Assembly (NCBI GenBank): GCA_964057225.1
Contig: CAXKVF010000080.1
Coordinates: 1-64,000 of the forward strand
Reading direction: 5' to 3'
DNA: 64,000 nucleotides
From: Auanema rhodensis
Taxonomy: Eukaryota; Animalia; Nematoda
The notes beneath the pieces were generated by a model. It worked only from the letters and a program-made list of their open reading frames with translations, searched no databases and had not been told where the DNA came from. The position numbers and the translations under genes were made by a program. Numbering within the stretch: the stretch's first letter is position 1; each line of letters opens with the position of its first letter. This document shows positions 42,401-55,700 of the stretch, piece by piece.

Positions 42401-45400
42401 TCTAAAAACAAATTTTTATTGATATTGGTTCATGGTAACCATGACTTTGAAATTTACGTGAACTTTAATTTATGCTAATTAAATGTACACGTGATGTGCA
42501 CTTGGTATGTAACTCGCTTCACGTGAAAGATAAAGAGATGTGGTTTTCAAAATTAGATTCCCCATGTCCATATTAGTCTAAAAACAAATTTTTATTGATA
42601 TTGCTTCATGGTAACCATGACTTTGAAATTTACGTGAACTTTAATTTATGCTAATTAAATGTACACGTGATGTGCACTTGGTATGTAACTCGCTTCACGT
42701 GAAAGATAAAGAGATGCGGTTTTTAAAATTAGATTCCCCATGTCCATACTAGTCTAAAAACAAATTTTTATTGATATTGCTTCATGGTAACCATGACTTT
42801 GAAATTTACGTGAACTTTAATTTATGCTAATTAATTGTACACGTGATGTGCACTTGGTATGTAACTCGCTTCACGTGAAAGATAAAGAGATGCGGTTTTC
42901 AAAATTAGATTCCCCATGTCCATATTAGTCTAAAAACAAATTTTTATTGATATTGGTGCATGGTAACCATGACTTTGAAATTTACGTGAACTTTAATTTA
43001 TGCTAATTAAATGTACACGTGATGTGCACTTGGTATGTAACTCGCTTCACGTGAAAGAAAAAGAGATGCGGTTTTCAAAATTAGATTCCCCATGTCCATA
43101 TTAGTCTAAAAACAAATTTTTATTGATATTGGTGCATGGTAACCATGACTTTGAAATTTACGTGAACTTTAATTTATGCTAATTAAATGTACACGTGATG
43201 TGCACTTGGTATGTAACTCGCTTCACGTGAAAGATAAAGAAATGCGGTTTTCAAAATTAGATTCCCCATGTCCATATTAGTCTAAAAACAAATTTTTATT
43301 GATATTGGTTCATGGTAACCATGACTTTGAAATTTACGTGAACTTTAATTTATGCTAATTAAATGTACACGTGATGTGCACTTGGTATGTAACTCGCTTC
43401 ACGTGAAAGATAAAGAGATGCGGTTTTCAAAATTAGATTCCCCATGTCCATATTAGTCTAAAAACAAATTTTTATTGATATTGCTTCATGGTAACCATGA
43501 CTTTGAAATTTACGTGAACTTTAATTTATGCTAATTAAATGTACACGTGATGTGCACTTGGTATGTAACTCGCTTCACGTGAAAGATAAATAGATGCGGT
43601 TTTCAAAATTAGATTCCCCATGTCCATATTAGTCTAAAAACAAATTTTTATTGATATTGGTTCATGGTAACCATGACTTTGAAATTTACGTGAACTTTAA
43701 TTTATGCTAATTAAATGTACACGTGATGTGCACTTGGTATGTAACTCGCTTCACGTGAAAGATAAAGAGATGCGGTTTTCAAAATTAGATTCCCCATGTC
43801 CATATTAGTCTAAAAACAAATTTTTATTGATATTGGTGCATGGTGACCATGACTTTGAAATTTACGTGAACTTTAATTTATGCTAATTAAATGTACACGT
43901 GATGTGCACTTGGTATGTAACTCGCTTCACGTGAAAGATAAAGAGATGCGGTTTTCAAAATTAGATTCCCCATGTCCATATTAGTCTGAAAACAAATTTT
44001 TATTGATATTGGTTCATGGTAACCATGACTTTGAAATTTACGTGAACTTTAATTTATGCTAATTAAATGTACACGTGATGTGCACTTGGTATGTAACTCG
44101 CTTCACGTGAAAGAAAAAGAGATGCGGTTTTCAAAATTAGATTCCCCATGTCCATATTAGTCTAAAAACAAATTTTTATTGATATTGGTGCATGGTAACC
44201 ATGACTTTGAAATTTACGTGAACTTTAATTTATGCTAATTAAATGTACACGTGATGTGCACTTGGTATGTAACTCGCTTCACGTGAAAGATAAAGAGATG
44301 CGGTTTTCAAAATTAGATTCCCCATGTCCATATTAGTCTAAAAACAAATTTTTATTGATATTGGTTCATGGTAACCATGACTTTGAAATTTACGTGAACT
44401 TTAATTTATGCTAATTAAATGTACACGTGATGTGCACTTGGTATGTAACTCGCTTCACGTGAAAGATAAAGAGATGTGGTTTTCAAAATTAGATTCCCCA
44501 TGTCCATATTAGTCTAAAAACAAATTTTTATTGATATTGTTTCATGGTAACCATGACTTTGAAATTTACGTGAACTTTAATTTATGCTAATTAAATGTAC
44601 ACGTGATGTGCACTTGGTATGTAACTCGCTTCACGTGAAAGATAAAGAGATGCGGTTTTCAAAATTAGATTCCCCATGTCCATATTAGTCTAAAAACAAA
44701 TTTTTATTGATATTGGTGCATGGTGACCATGACTTTGAAATTTACGTGAACTTTAATTTATGCTAATTAAATGTACACGTGATGTGCACTTGGTATGTAA
44801 CTCGCTTCACGTGAAAGATAAAGAGATGCGGTTTTCAAAATTAGATTCCCCATGTCCATATTAGTCTGAAAACAAATTTTTATTGATATTGGTTCATGGT
44901 AACCATGACTTTGAAATTTACGTGAACTTTAATTTATGCTAATTAAATGTACACGTGATGTGCACTTGGTATGTAACTCGCTTCACGTGAAAGATAAAGA
45001 GATGCGGTTTTCAAAATTAGATTCCCCATGTCCATATTAGTCTAAAAACAAATTTTTATTGATATTGGTTCATGGTAACCATGACTTTGAAATTTACGTG
45101 AACTTTAATTTATGCTAATTAAATGTACACGTGATGTGCACTTGGTATGTAACTCGCTTCACGTGAAAGATAAAGAGATGTGGTTTTCAAAATTAGATTC
45201 CCCATGTCCATATTAGTCTAAAAACAAATTTTTATTGATATTGCTTCATGGTAACCATGACTTTGAAATTTACGTGAACTTTAATTTATGCTAATTAAAT
45301 GTACACGTGATGTGCACTTGGTATGTAACTCGCTTCACGTGAAAGATAAAGAGATGCGGTTTTTAAAATTAGATTCCCCATGTCCATACTAGTCTAAAAA

Positions 45401-48400
45401 CAAATTTTTATTGATATTGCTTCATGGTAACCATGACTTTGAAATTTACGTGAACTTTAATTTATGCTAATTAATTGTACACGTGATGTGCACTTGGTAT
45501 GTAACTCGCTTCACGTGAAAGATAAAGAGATGCGGTTTTCAAAATTAGATTCCCCATGTCCATATTAGTCTAAAAACAAATTTTTATTGATATTGGTGCA
45601 TGGTAACCATGACTTTGAAATTTACGTGAACTTTAATTTATGCTAATTAAATGTACACGTGATGTGCACTTGGTATGTAACTCGCTTCACGTGAAAGAAA
45701 AAGAGATGCGGTTTTCAAAATTAGATTCCCCATGTCCATATTAGTCTAAAAACAAATTTTTATTGATATTGGTGCATGGTAACCATGACTTTGAAATTTA
45801 CGTGAACTTTAATTTATGCTAATTAAATGTACACGTGATGTGCACTTGGTATGTAACTCGCTTCACGTGAAAGATAAAGAAATGCGGTTTTCAAAATTAG
45901 ATTCCCCATGTCCATATTAGTCTAAAAACAAATTTTTATTGATATTGGTTCATGGTAACCATGACTTTGAAATTTACGTGAACTTTAATTTATGCTAATT
46001 AAATGTACACGTGATGTGCACTTGGTATGTAACTCGCTTCACGTGAAAGATAAAGAGATGCGGTTTTCAAAATTAGATTCCCCATGTCCATATTAGTCTA
46101 AAAACAAATTTTTATTGATATTGCTTCATGGTAACCATGACTTTGAAATTTACGTGAACTTTAATTTATGCTAATTAAATGTACACGTGATGTGCACTTG
46201 GTATGTAACTCGCTTCACGTGAAAGATAAAGAGATGCGGTTTTCAAAATTAGATTCCCCATGTCCATATTAGTCTAAAAACAAATTTTTATTGATATTGC
46301 TTCATGGTAACCATGACTTTGAAATTTACGTGAACTTTAATTTATGCTAATTAATTGTACACGTGATGTGCACTTGGTATGTAACTCGCTTCACGTGAAA
46401 GATAAAGAGATGCGGTTTTCAAAATTAGATTCCCCATGTCCATATTAGTCTAAAAACAAATTTTTATTGATATTGGTGCATGGTAACCATGACTTTGAAA
46501 TTTACGTGAACTTTAATTTATGCTAATTAAATGTACACGTGATGTGCACTTGGTATGTAACTCGCTTCACGTGAAAGAAAAAGAGATGCGGTTTTCAAAA
46601 TTAGATTCCCCATGTCCATATTAGTCTAAAAACAAATTTTTATTGATATTGGTGCATGGTAACCATGACTTTGAAATTTACGTGAACTTTAATTTATGCT
46701 AATTAAATGTACACGTGATGTGCACTTGGTATGTAACTCGCTTCACGTGAAAGATAAAGAGATGCGGTTTTCAAAATTAGATTCCCCATGTCCATATTAG
46801 TCTAAAAACAAATTTTTATTGATATTGGTGCATGGTAACCATGACTTTGAAATTTACGTGAACTTTAATTTATGCTAATTAAATGTACACGTGATGTGCA
46901 CTTGGTATGTAACTCGCTTCACGTGAAAGATAAAGAGATGCGGTTTTCAAAATTAGATTCCCCATGTCCATATTAGTCTAAAAACAAATTTTTATTGATA
47001 TTGGTGCATGGTAACCATGACTTTGAAATTTACGTGAACTTTAATTTATGCTAATTAAATGTACACGTGATGTGCACTCGGTATGTAACTCGCTTCACGT
47101 GAAAGATAAAGAGATGCGGTTTTCAAAATTAGATTCCCCATGTCCATATTAGTCTAAAAACAAATTTTTATTGATATTGGTGCATGGTAACCATGACTTT
47201 GAAATTTACGTGAACTTTAATTCATGCTAATTAAATGTACACGTGATGTGCACTTGGTATGTAACTCGCTTCACGTGAAAGATAAAGAGATGCGGTTTTC
47301 AAAATTAGATTCCCCATGTCCATATTAGTCTAAAAACAAATTTTTATTGATATTACTTCATGGTAACCATGACTTTGAAATTTACGTGAACTTTAATTTA
47401 TGCTAATTAAATGTACACGTGATGTGCACTTGGTATGTAACTCGCTTCACGTGAAAGATAAAGAGATGCGGTTTTCAAAATTAGATTCCCCATGTCCATA
47501 TTAGTCTAAAAACAAATTTTTATTGATATTGGTGCATGGTAACCATGACTTTGAAATTTACGTGAACTTTAATTTATGCTAATTAAATGTACACGTGATG
47601 TGCACTTGGTATGTAACTCGCTTCACGTGAAAGATAAAGAGATGCGGTTTTCAAAATTAGATTCCCCATGTCCATATTAGTCTAAAAACAAATTTTTATT
47701 GATATTGGTGCATGGTAACCATGACTTTGAAATTTACGTGAACTTTAATTTATGCTAATTAAATGTACACGTGATGTGCACTTGGTATGTAACTCGCTTC
47801 ACGTGAAAGATAAAGAGATGCGGTTTTCAAAATTAGATTCCCCATGTCCATATTAGTCTAAAAACAAATTTTTATTGATATTGGTTCATGGTAACCATGA
47901 CTTTGAAATTTCCGTGAACTTTAATTTATGCTAATTAAATGTACACGTGATGTGCACTTGGTATGTAACTCGCTTCACGTGAAAGATAAAGAGATGCGGT
48001 TTTCAAAATTAGATTCCCCATGTCCATATTAGTCTAAAAACAAATTTTTATTGATATTGCTTCATGGTAACCATGACTTTGAAATTTACGTGAACTTTAA
48101 TTTATGCTAATTAAATGTACACGTGATGTGCACTTGGTATGTAACTCGCTTCACGTGAAAGATAAAGAGATGCGGTTTTCAAAATTAGATTCCCCATGTC
48201 CATATTAGTCTAAAAACAAATTTTTATTGATATTGGTTCATGGTAACCATGACTTTGAAATTTACGTGAACTTTAATTTATGCTAATTAAATGTACACGT
48301 GATGTGCACTTGGTATGTAACTCGCTTCACGTGAAAGATAAAGAGATGCGGTTTTCAAAATTAGATTCCCCATGTCCATATTAGTCTAAAAACAAATTTT

Positions 48401-48911
48401 TATTGATATTGGTGCATGGTAACCATGACTTTGAAATTTACGTGAACTTTAATTTATGCTAATTAAATGTACACGTGATGTGCCCTTGGTATGTAACTCG
48501 CTTCACGTGAAAGAAAAAGAGATGCGGTTTTCAAAATTAGATTCCCCATGTCCATATTAGTCTAAAAACAAATTTTTATCGATATTGGTGCATGGTAACC
48601 ATGACTTTGAAATTTACGTGAACTTTAATTTATGCTAATTAAATGTACACGTGATGTGCACTTGGTATGTAACTCGCTTCACGTGAAAGATAAAGAGATG
48701 CGGTTTTCAAAATTAGATTCCCCATGTCCATATTAGTCTAAAAACAAATTTTTATTGATATTGGTTCATGGTAACCATGACTTTGAAATTTACGTGAACT
48801 TTAATTTATGCTAATTAAATGTACACGTGATGTGCACTTGGTATGTAACTCGCTTCACGTGAAAGATAAAGAGATGCGGTTTTCAAAATTAGATTCCCGA
48901 TGTCCATATTA
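39409..48911. repeat. Segmental duplication block B, copy 2 (54 monomers)
   Basis: Same ordered variants as 14957-27617, with an initial offset of 24452 bp. Confidence 0.9.
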
Positions 48912-49791
48912 GTCTAAAAACAAATTTTTATTGATATTGGTTCATGGTAACCATGACTTTGAAATTTACGTGAACTTTAATTTATGCTAATTAATTTTAC
49001 ACGTGATGTGCACTTGGTATGTAACTCGCTTCACGTGAAAGATAAAGAGATGCGGTTTTCAAAATTAGATTCCCCATGTCCATATTAGTCCAAAAACAAA
49101 TTTTTATTGATATTGGTGCATGGTAACCATGACTTTGAAATTTACGTGAACTTTAATTTATGCTAATTAAATGTACACGTGATGTGCACTTGGTATGTAA
49201 CTCGCTTCACGTGAAAGATAAAGAGATGCGGTTTTCAAAATTAGATTCCCCATGTCCATATTAGTCTAAAAACAAATTTTTATTGATATTGGTTCATGGT
49301 AACCATGACTTTGAAATTTACGTGAACTTTAATTTATGCTAATTAAATGTACACGTGATGTGCACTTGGTATGTAACTCGCTTCACGTGAAAGATATAGA
49401 GATGCGGTTTTCAAAATTAGATTCCCCATGTCCATATTAGTCTAAAAACAAATTTTTATTGATATTGGTTCATGGTAACCATGACTTTGAAATTTACGTG
49501 AACTTTAATTTATGCTAATTAAATGTACACGTGATGTGCACTTGGTATGTAACTCGCTTCACGTGAAAGATAAAGAGATGCGGTTTTCAAAATTAGATTC
49601 CCCATGTCCATATTAGTCTAAAAACAAATTTTTATTGATATTGGTTCATGGTAACCATGACTTTGAAATTTACGTGAACTTTAATTTATGCTAATTAAAT
49701 GTACACGTGATGTGCACTTGGTATGTAACTCGCTTCACGTGAAAGATAAAGAGATGCGGTTTTCAAAATTAGATTCCCCATGTCCATATTA

Positions 49792-52700
49792 GTCTAAAAA
49801 CAAATTTTTATCTATATTGGTTCATGGTAACCATGACTTTGAAATTTACGTGAACTTTAATTTATGCTAATTAAATGTACACGTGATGTGCACTTGGTAT
49901 GTAACTCGCTTCACGTGAAAGATAAAGAGATGCGGTTTTCAAAATTAGATTCCCCATGTCCATATTAGTCTAAAAACAAATTTTTATTGATATTAGTTCA
50001 TGGTAACCATGACTTTGAAATTTACGTGAACTTTAATTTATGCTAATTAAATGTACACGTGATGTGCACTTGGTATGTAACTCGCTTCACGTGAAAGATA
50101 AAGAGATGCGGTTTTCAAAATTAGATTCCCCATGTCCATATTAGTCTAAAAACAAATTTTTATTGATATTGGTTCATGGTAACCATGACTTTGAAATTTA
50201 CGTGAACTTTAATTTATGCTAATTAAATGTACACGTGATGTGCACTTGGTATGTAACTCGCTTCACGTGAAAGATAAAGAGATGCGGTTTTCAAAATTAG
50301 ATTCCCCATGTCCATATTAGTCTAAAAACAAATTTTCATTGATATTGGTTCATGGTAACCATGACTTTGAAATTAACGTGAACTTTAATTTATGCTAATT
50401 AAATGTACACGTGATGTGCACTTGGTATGTAACTCGCTTCACGTGAAAGATAAAGAGATGCGGTTTTCGAAATTAGATTCCCCATGTCCATATTAGTCTA
50501 AAAACAAATTTTTATTGATATTGCTTCATGGTAACCATGACTTTGAAATTTACGTGAACTTTAATTTATGCTAATTAAATGTACACGTGATGTGCACTTG
50601 GTATGTAACTCGCTTCACGTGAAAGATAAAGAGATGCGGTTTTCAAAATTAGATTCCCCATGTCCATATTAGTCTAAAAACAAATTTTTATTGATATTGG
50701 TTCATGGTAACCATGACTTTGAAATTTACGTGAACTTTAATTTATGCTAATTAAATGTACACGTGATGTGCACTTGGTATGTAACTCGCTTCACGTGAAA
50801 GATAAAGAGATGCGGTTTTCAAAATTAGATTCCCCATGTCCATATTAGTCTAAAAACAAATTTTTATTGATATTAGTTCATGGTAACCATGACTTTGAAA
50901 TTTACGTGAACTTTAATTTATGCTAATTAAATGTACACGTGATGTGCACTTGGTATGTAACTCGCTTCACGTGAAAGATAAAGAGATGCGGTTTTCAAAA
51001 TTAGATTCCCCATGTCCATATTAGTCTAAAAACAAATTTTTATTGATATTGGTGCATGGTAACCATGACTTTGAAATTTACGTGAACTTTAATTTATGCT
51101 AATTAAATGTACACGTGATGTGCACTTGGTATGTAACTCGCTTCACGTGAAAGATAAAGAGATGCGGTTTTCAAAATTAGATTCCCCATGTCCATATTAG
51201 TCTAAAAACAAATTTTTATTGATATTGGTGAATGGTAACCATGACTTTGAAATTTACGTGAACTTTAATTTATGCTAATTAAATGTACACGTGATGTGCA
51301 CTTGGTATGTAACTCGCTTCACGTGAAAGATGAAGAGATGCGGTTTTCAAAATTAGATTCCTCATGTCCATATTAGTCTAAAAACAAATTTTTATTAATA
51401 TTGGTTCATGGTAACCATGACTTTGAAATTTACGTGAACTTTAATTTATGCTAATTAAATGTACACGTGATGTGCACTTGGTATGTAACTCGCTTCACGT
51501 GAAAGATAAAGAGATGCGGTTTTCAAAATTAGATTCCCCATGTCCATATTAGTCTAAAAACAAATTTTTATTGATATTGGTGCATGGTAACCATGACTTT
51601 GAAATTTACGTGAACTTTAATTTATGCTAATTAAATGTACACGTGATGTGCACTTGGTATGTAACTCGCTTCACGTGAAAGATAAAGAGATGCGGTTTTC
51701 AAAATTAGATTCCCCATGTCCATATTAGTCTAAAAACAAATTTTTATTGATATTGGTGCATGGTAACCATGACTTTGAAATTTACGTGAACTTTAATTTA
51801 TGCTAATTAAATGTACACGTGATGTGCACTTGGTATGTAACTCGCTTCACGTGAAAGATAAAGAGATGCGGTTTTCAAAATTAGATTCCCCATGTCCATA
51901 TTAGTCTAAAAACAAATTTTTATTGATATTGGTACATGGTAACCATGACTTTGAAATTTACGTGAACTTTAATTTATGCTAATTAAATGTACACGTGATG
52001 TGCACTTGGTATGTAACTCGCTTCACGTGAAAGATAAAGAGATGCGGTTTTCAAAATTAGATTCCCCATGTCCATATTAGTCTAAAAACAAATTTTTATT
52101 GATATTGGTTCATGGTAACCATGACTTTGAAATTTACGTGAACTTTAATTTATGCTAATTAAATGTACACGTGATGTGCACTTGGTATGTAACTCGCTTC
52201 ACGTGAAAGATAAAGAGATGCGGTTTTCAAAATTAGATTCCCCATGTCCATATTAGTCTAAAAACAAATTTTTATCTATATTGGTTCATGGTAACCATGA
52301 CTTTGAAATTTACGTGAACTTTAATTTATGCTAATTAAATGTACACGTGATGTGCACTTGGTATGTAACTCGCTTCACGTGAAAGATAAAGAGATGCGGT
52401 TTTCAAAATTAGATTCCCCATGTCCATATTAGTCTAAAAACAAATTTTTATTGATATTAGTTCATGGTAACCATGACTTTGAAATTTACGTGAACTTTAA
52501 TTTATGCTAATTAAATGTACACGTGATGTGCACTTGGTATGTAACTCGCTTCACGTGAAAGATAAAGAGATGCGGTTTTCAAAATTAGATTCCCCATGTC
52601 CATATTAGTCTAAAAACAAATTTTTATTGATATTGGTTCATGGTAACCATGACTTTGAAATTTACGTGAACTTTAATTTATGCTAATTAAATGTACACGT

Positions 52701-55700
52701 GATGTGCACTTGGTATGTAACTCGCTTCACGTGAAAGATAAAGAGATGCGGTTTTCAAAATTAGATTCCCCATGTCCATATTAGTCTAAAAACAAATTTT
52801 CATTGATATTGGTTCATGGTAACCATGACTTTGAAATTAACGTGAACTTTAATTTATGCTAATTAAATGTACACGTGATGTGCACTTGGTATGTAACTCG
52901 CTTCACGTGAAAGATAAAGAGATGCGGTTTTCGAAATTAGATTCCCCATGTCCATATTAGTCTAAAAACAAATTTTTATTGATATTGCTTCATGGTAACC
53001 ATGACTTTGAAATTTACGTGAACTTTAATTTATGCTAATTAAATGTACACGTGATGTGCACTTGGTATGTAACTCGCTTCACGTGAAAGATAAAGAGATG
53101 CGGTTTTCAAAATTAGATTCCCCATGTCCATATTAGTCTAAAAACAAATTTTTATTGATATTGGTTCATGGTAACCATGACTTTGAAATTTACGTGAACT
53201 TTAATTTATGCTAATTAAATGTACACGTGATGTGCACTTGGTATGTAACTCGCTTCACGTGAAAGATAAAGAGATGCGGTTTTCAAAATTAGATTCCCCA
53301 TGTCCATATTAGTCTAAAAACAAATTTTTATTGATATTAGTTCATGGTAACCATGACTTTGAAATTTACGTGAACTTTAATTTATGCTAATTAAATGTAC
53401 ACGTGATGTGCACTTGGTATGTAACTCGCTTCACGTGAAAGATAAAGAGATGCGGTTTTCAAAATTAGATTCCCCATGTCCATATTAGTCTAAAAACAAA
53501 TTTTTATTGATATTGGTGCATGGTAACCATGACTTTGAAATTTACGTGAACTTTAATTTATGCTAATTAAATGTACACGTGATGTGCACTTGGTATGTAA
53601 CTCGCTTCACGTGAAAGATAAAGAGATGCGGTTTTCAAAATTAGATTCCCCATGTCCATATTAGTCCAAAAACAAATTTTTATTGATATTGGTGCATGGT
53701 AACCATGACTTTGAAATTTACGTGAACTTTAATTTATGCTAATTAAATGTACACGTGATGTGCACTTGGTATGTAACTCGCTTCACGTGAAAGATAAAGA
53801 GATGCGGTTTTCAAAATTAGATTCCCCATGTCCATATTAGTCTAAAAACAAATTTTTATTGATATTGGTTCATGGTAACCATGACTTTGAAATTTACGTG
53901 AACTTTAATTTATGCTAATTAAATGTACACGTGATGTGCACTTGGTATGTAACTCGCTTCACGTGAAAGATATAGAGATGCGGTTTTCAAAATTAGATTC
54001 CCCATGTCCATATTAGTCTAAAAACAAATTTTTATTGATATTGGTTCATGGTAACCATGACTTTGAAATTTACGTGAACTTTAATTTATGCTAATTAAAT
54101 GTACACGTGATGTGCACTTGGTATGTAACTCGCTTCACGTGAAAGATAAAGAGATGCGGTTTTCAAAATTAGATTCCCCATGTCCATATTAGTCTAAAAA
54201 CAAATTTTTATTGATATTGGTTCATGGTAACCATGACTTTGAAATTTACGTGAACTTTAATTTATGCTAATTAAATGTACACGTGATGTGCACTTGGTAT
54301 GTAACTCGCTTCACGTGAAAGATAAAGAGATGCGGTTTTCAAAATTAGATTCCCCATGTCCATATTAGTCTAAAAACAAATTTTTATTGATATTGGTGCA
54401 TGGTAACCATGACTTTGAAATTTACGTGAACTTTAATTTATGCTAATTAAATGTACACGTGATGTGCACTTGGTATGTAACTCGCTTCACGTGAAAGATA
54501 AAGAGATGCGGTTTTCAAAATTAGATTCCCCATGTCCATATTAGTCCAAAAACAAATTTTTATTGATATTGGTGCATGGTAACCATGACTTTGAAATTTA
54601 CGTGAACTTTAATTTATGCTAATTAAATGTACACGTGATGTGCACTTGGTATGTAACTCGCTTCACGTGAAAGATAAAGAGATGCGGTTTTCAAAATTAG
54701 ATTCCCCATGTCCATATTAGTCTAAAAACAAATTTTTATTGATATTGGTTCATGGTAACCATGACTTTGAAATTTACGTGAACTTTAATTTATGCTAATT
54801 AAATGTACACGTGATGTGCACTTGGTATGTAACTCGCTTCACGTGAAAGATATAGAGATGCGGTTTTCAAAATTAGATTCCCCATGTCCATATTAGTCTA
54901 AAAACAAATTTTTATTGATATTGGTTCATGGTAACCATGACTTTGAAATTTACGTGAACTTTAATTTATGCTAATTAAATGTACACGTGATGTGCACTTG
55001 GTATGTAACTCGCTTCACGTGAAAGATAAAGAGATGCGGTTTTCAAAATTAGATTCCCCATGTCCATATTAGTCTAAAAACAAATTTTTATTGATATTGG
55101 TTCATGGTAACCATGACTTTGAAATTTACGTGAACTTTAATTTATGCTAATTAAATGTACACGTGATGTGCACTTGGTATGTAACTCGCTTCACGTGAAA
55201 GATAAAGAGATGCGGTTTTCAAAATTAGATTCCCCATGTCCATATTAGTCTAAAAACAAATTTTTATTGATATTGGTGCATGGTAACCATGACTTTGAAA
55301 TTTACGTGAACTTTAATTTATGCTAATTAAATGTACACGTGATGTGCACTTGGTATGTAACTCGCTTCACGTGAAAGATAAAGAGATGCGGTTTTCAAAA
55401 TTAGATTCCCCATGTCCATATTAGTCCAAAAACAAATTTTTATTGATATTGGTGCATGGTAACCATGACTTTGAAATTTACGTGAACTTTAATTTATGCT
55501 AATTAAATGTACACGTGATGTGCACTTGGTATGTAACTCGCTTCACGTGAAAGATAAAGAGATGCGGTTTTCAAAATTAGATTCCCCATGTCCATATTAG
55601 TCTAAAAACAAATTTTTATTGATATTGGTTCATGGTAACCATGACTTTGAAATTTACGTGAACTTTAATTTATGCTAATTAAATGTACACGTGATGTGCA

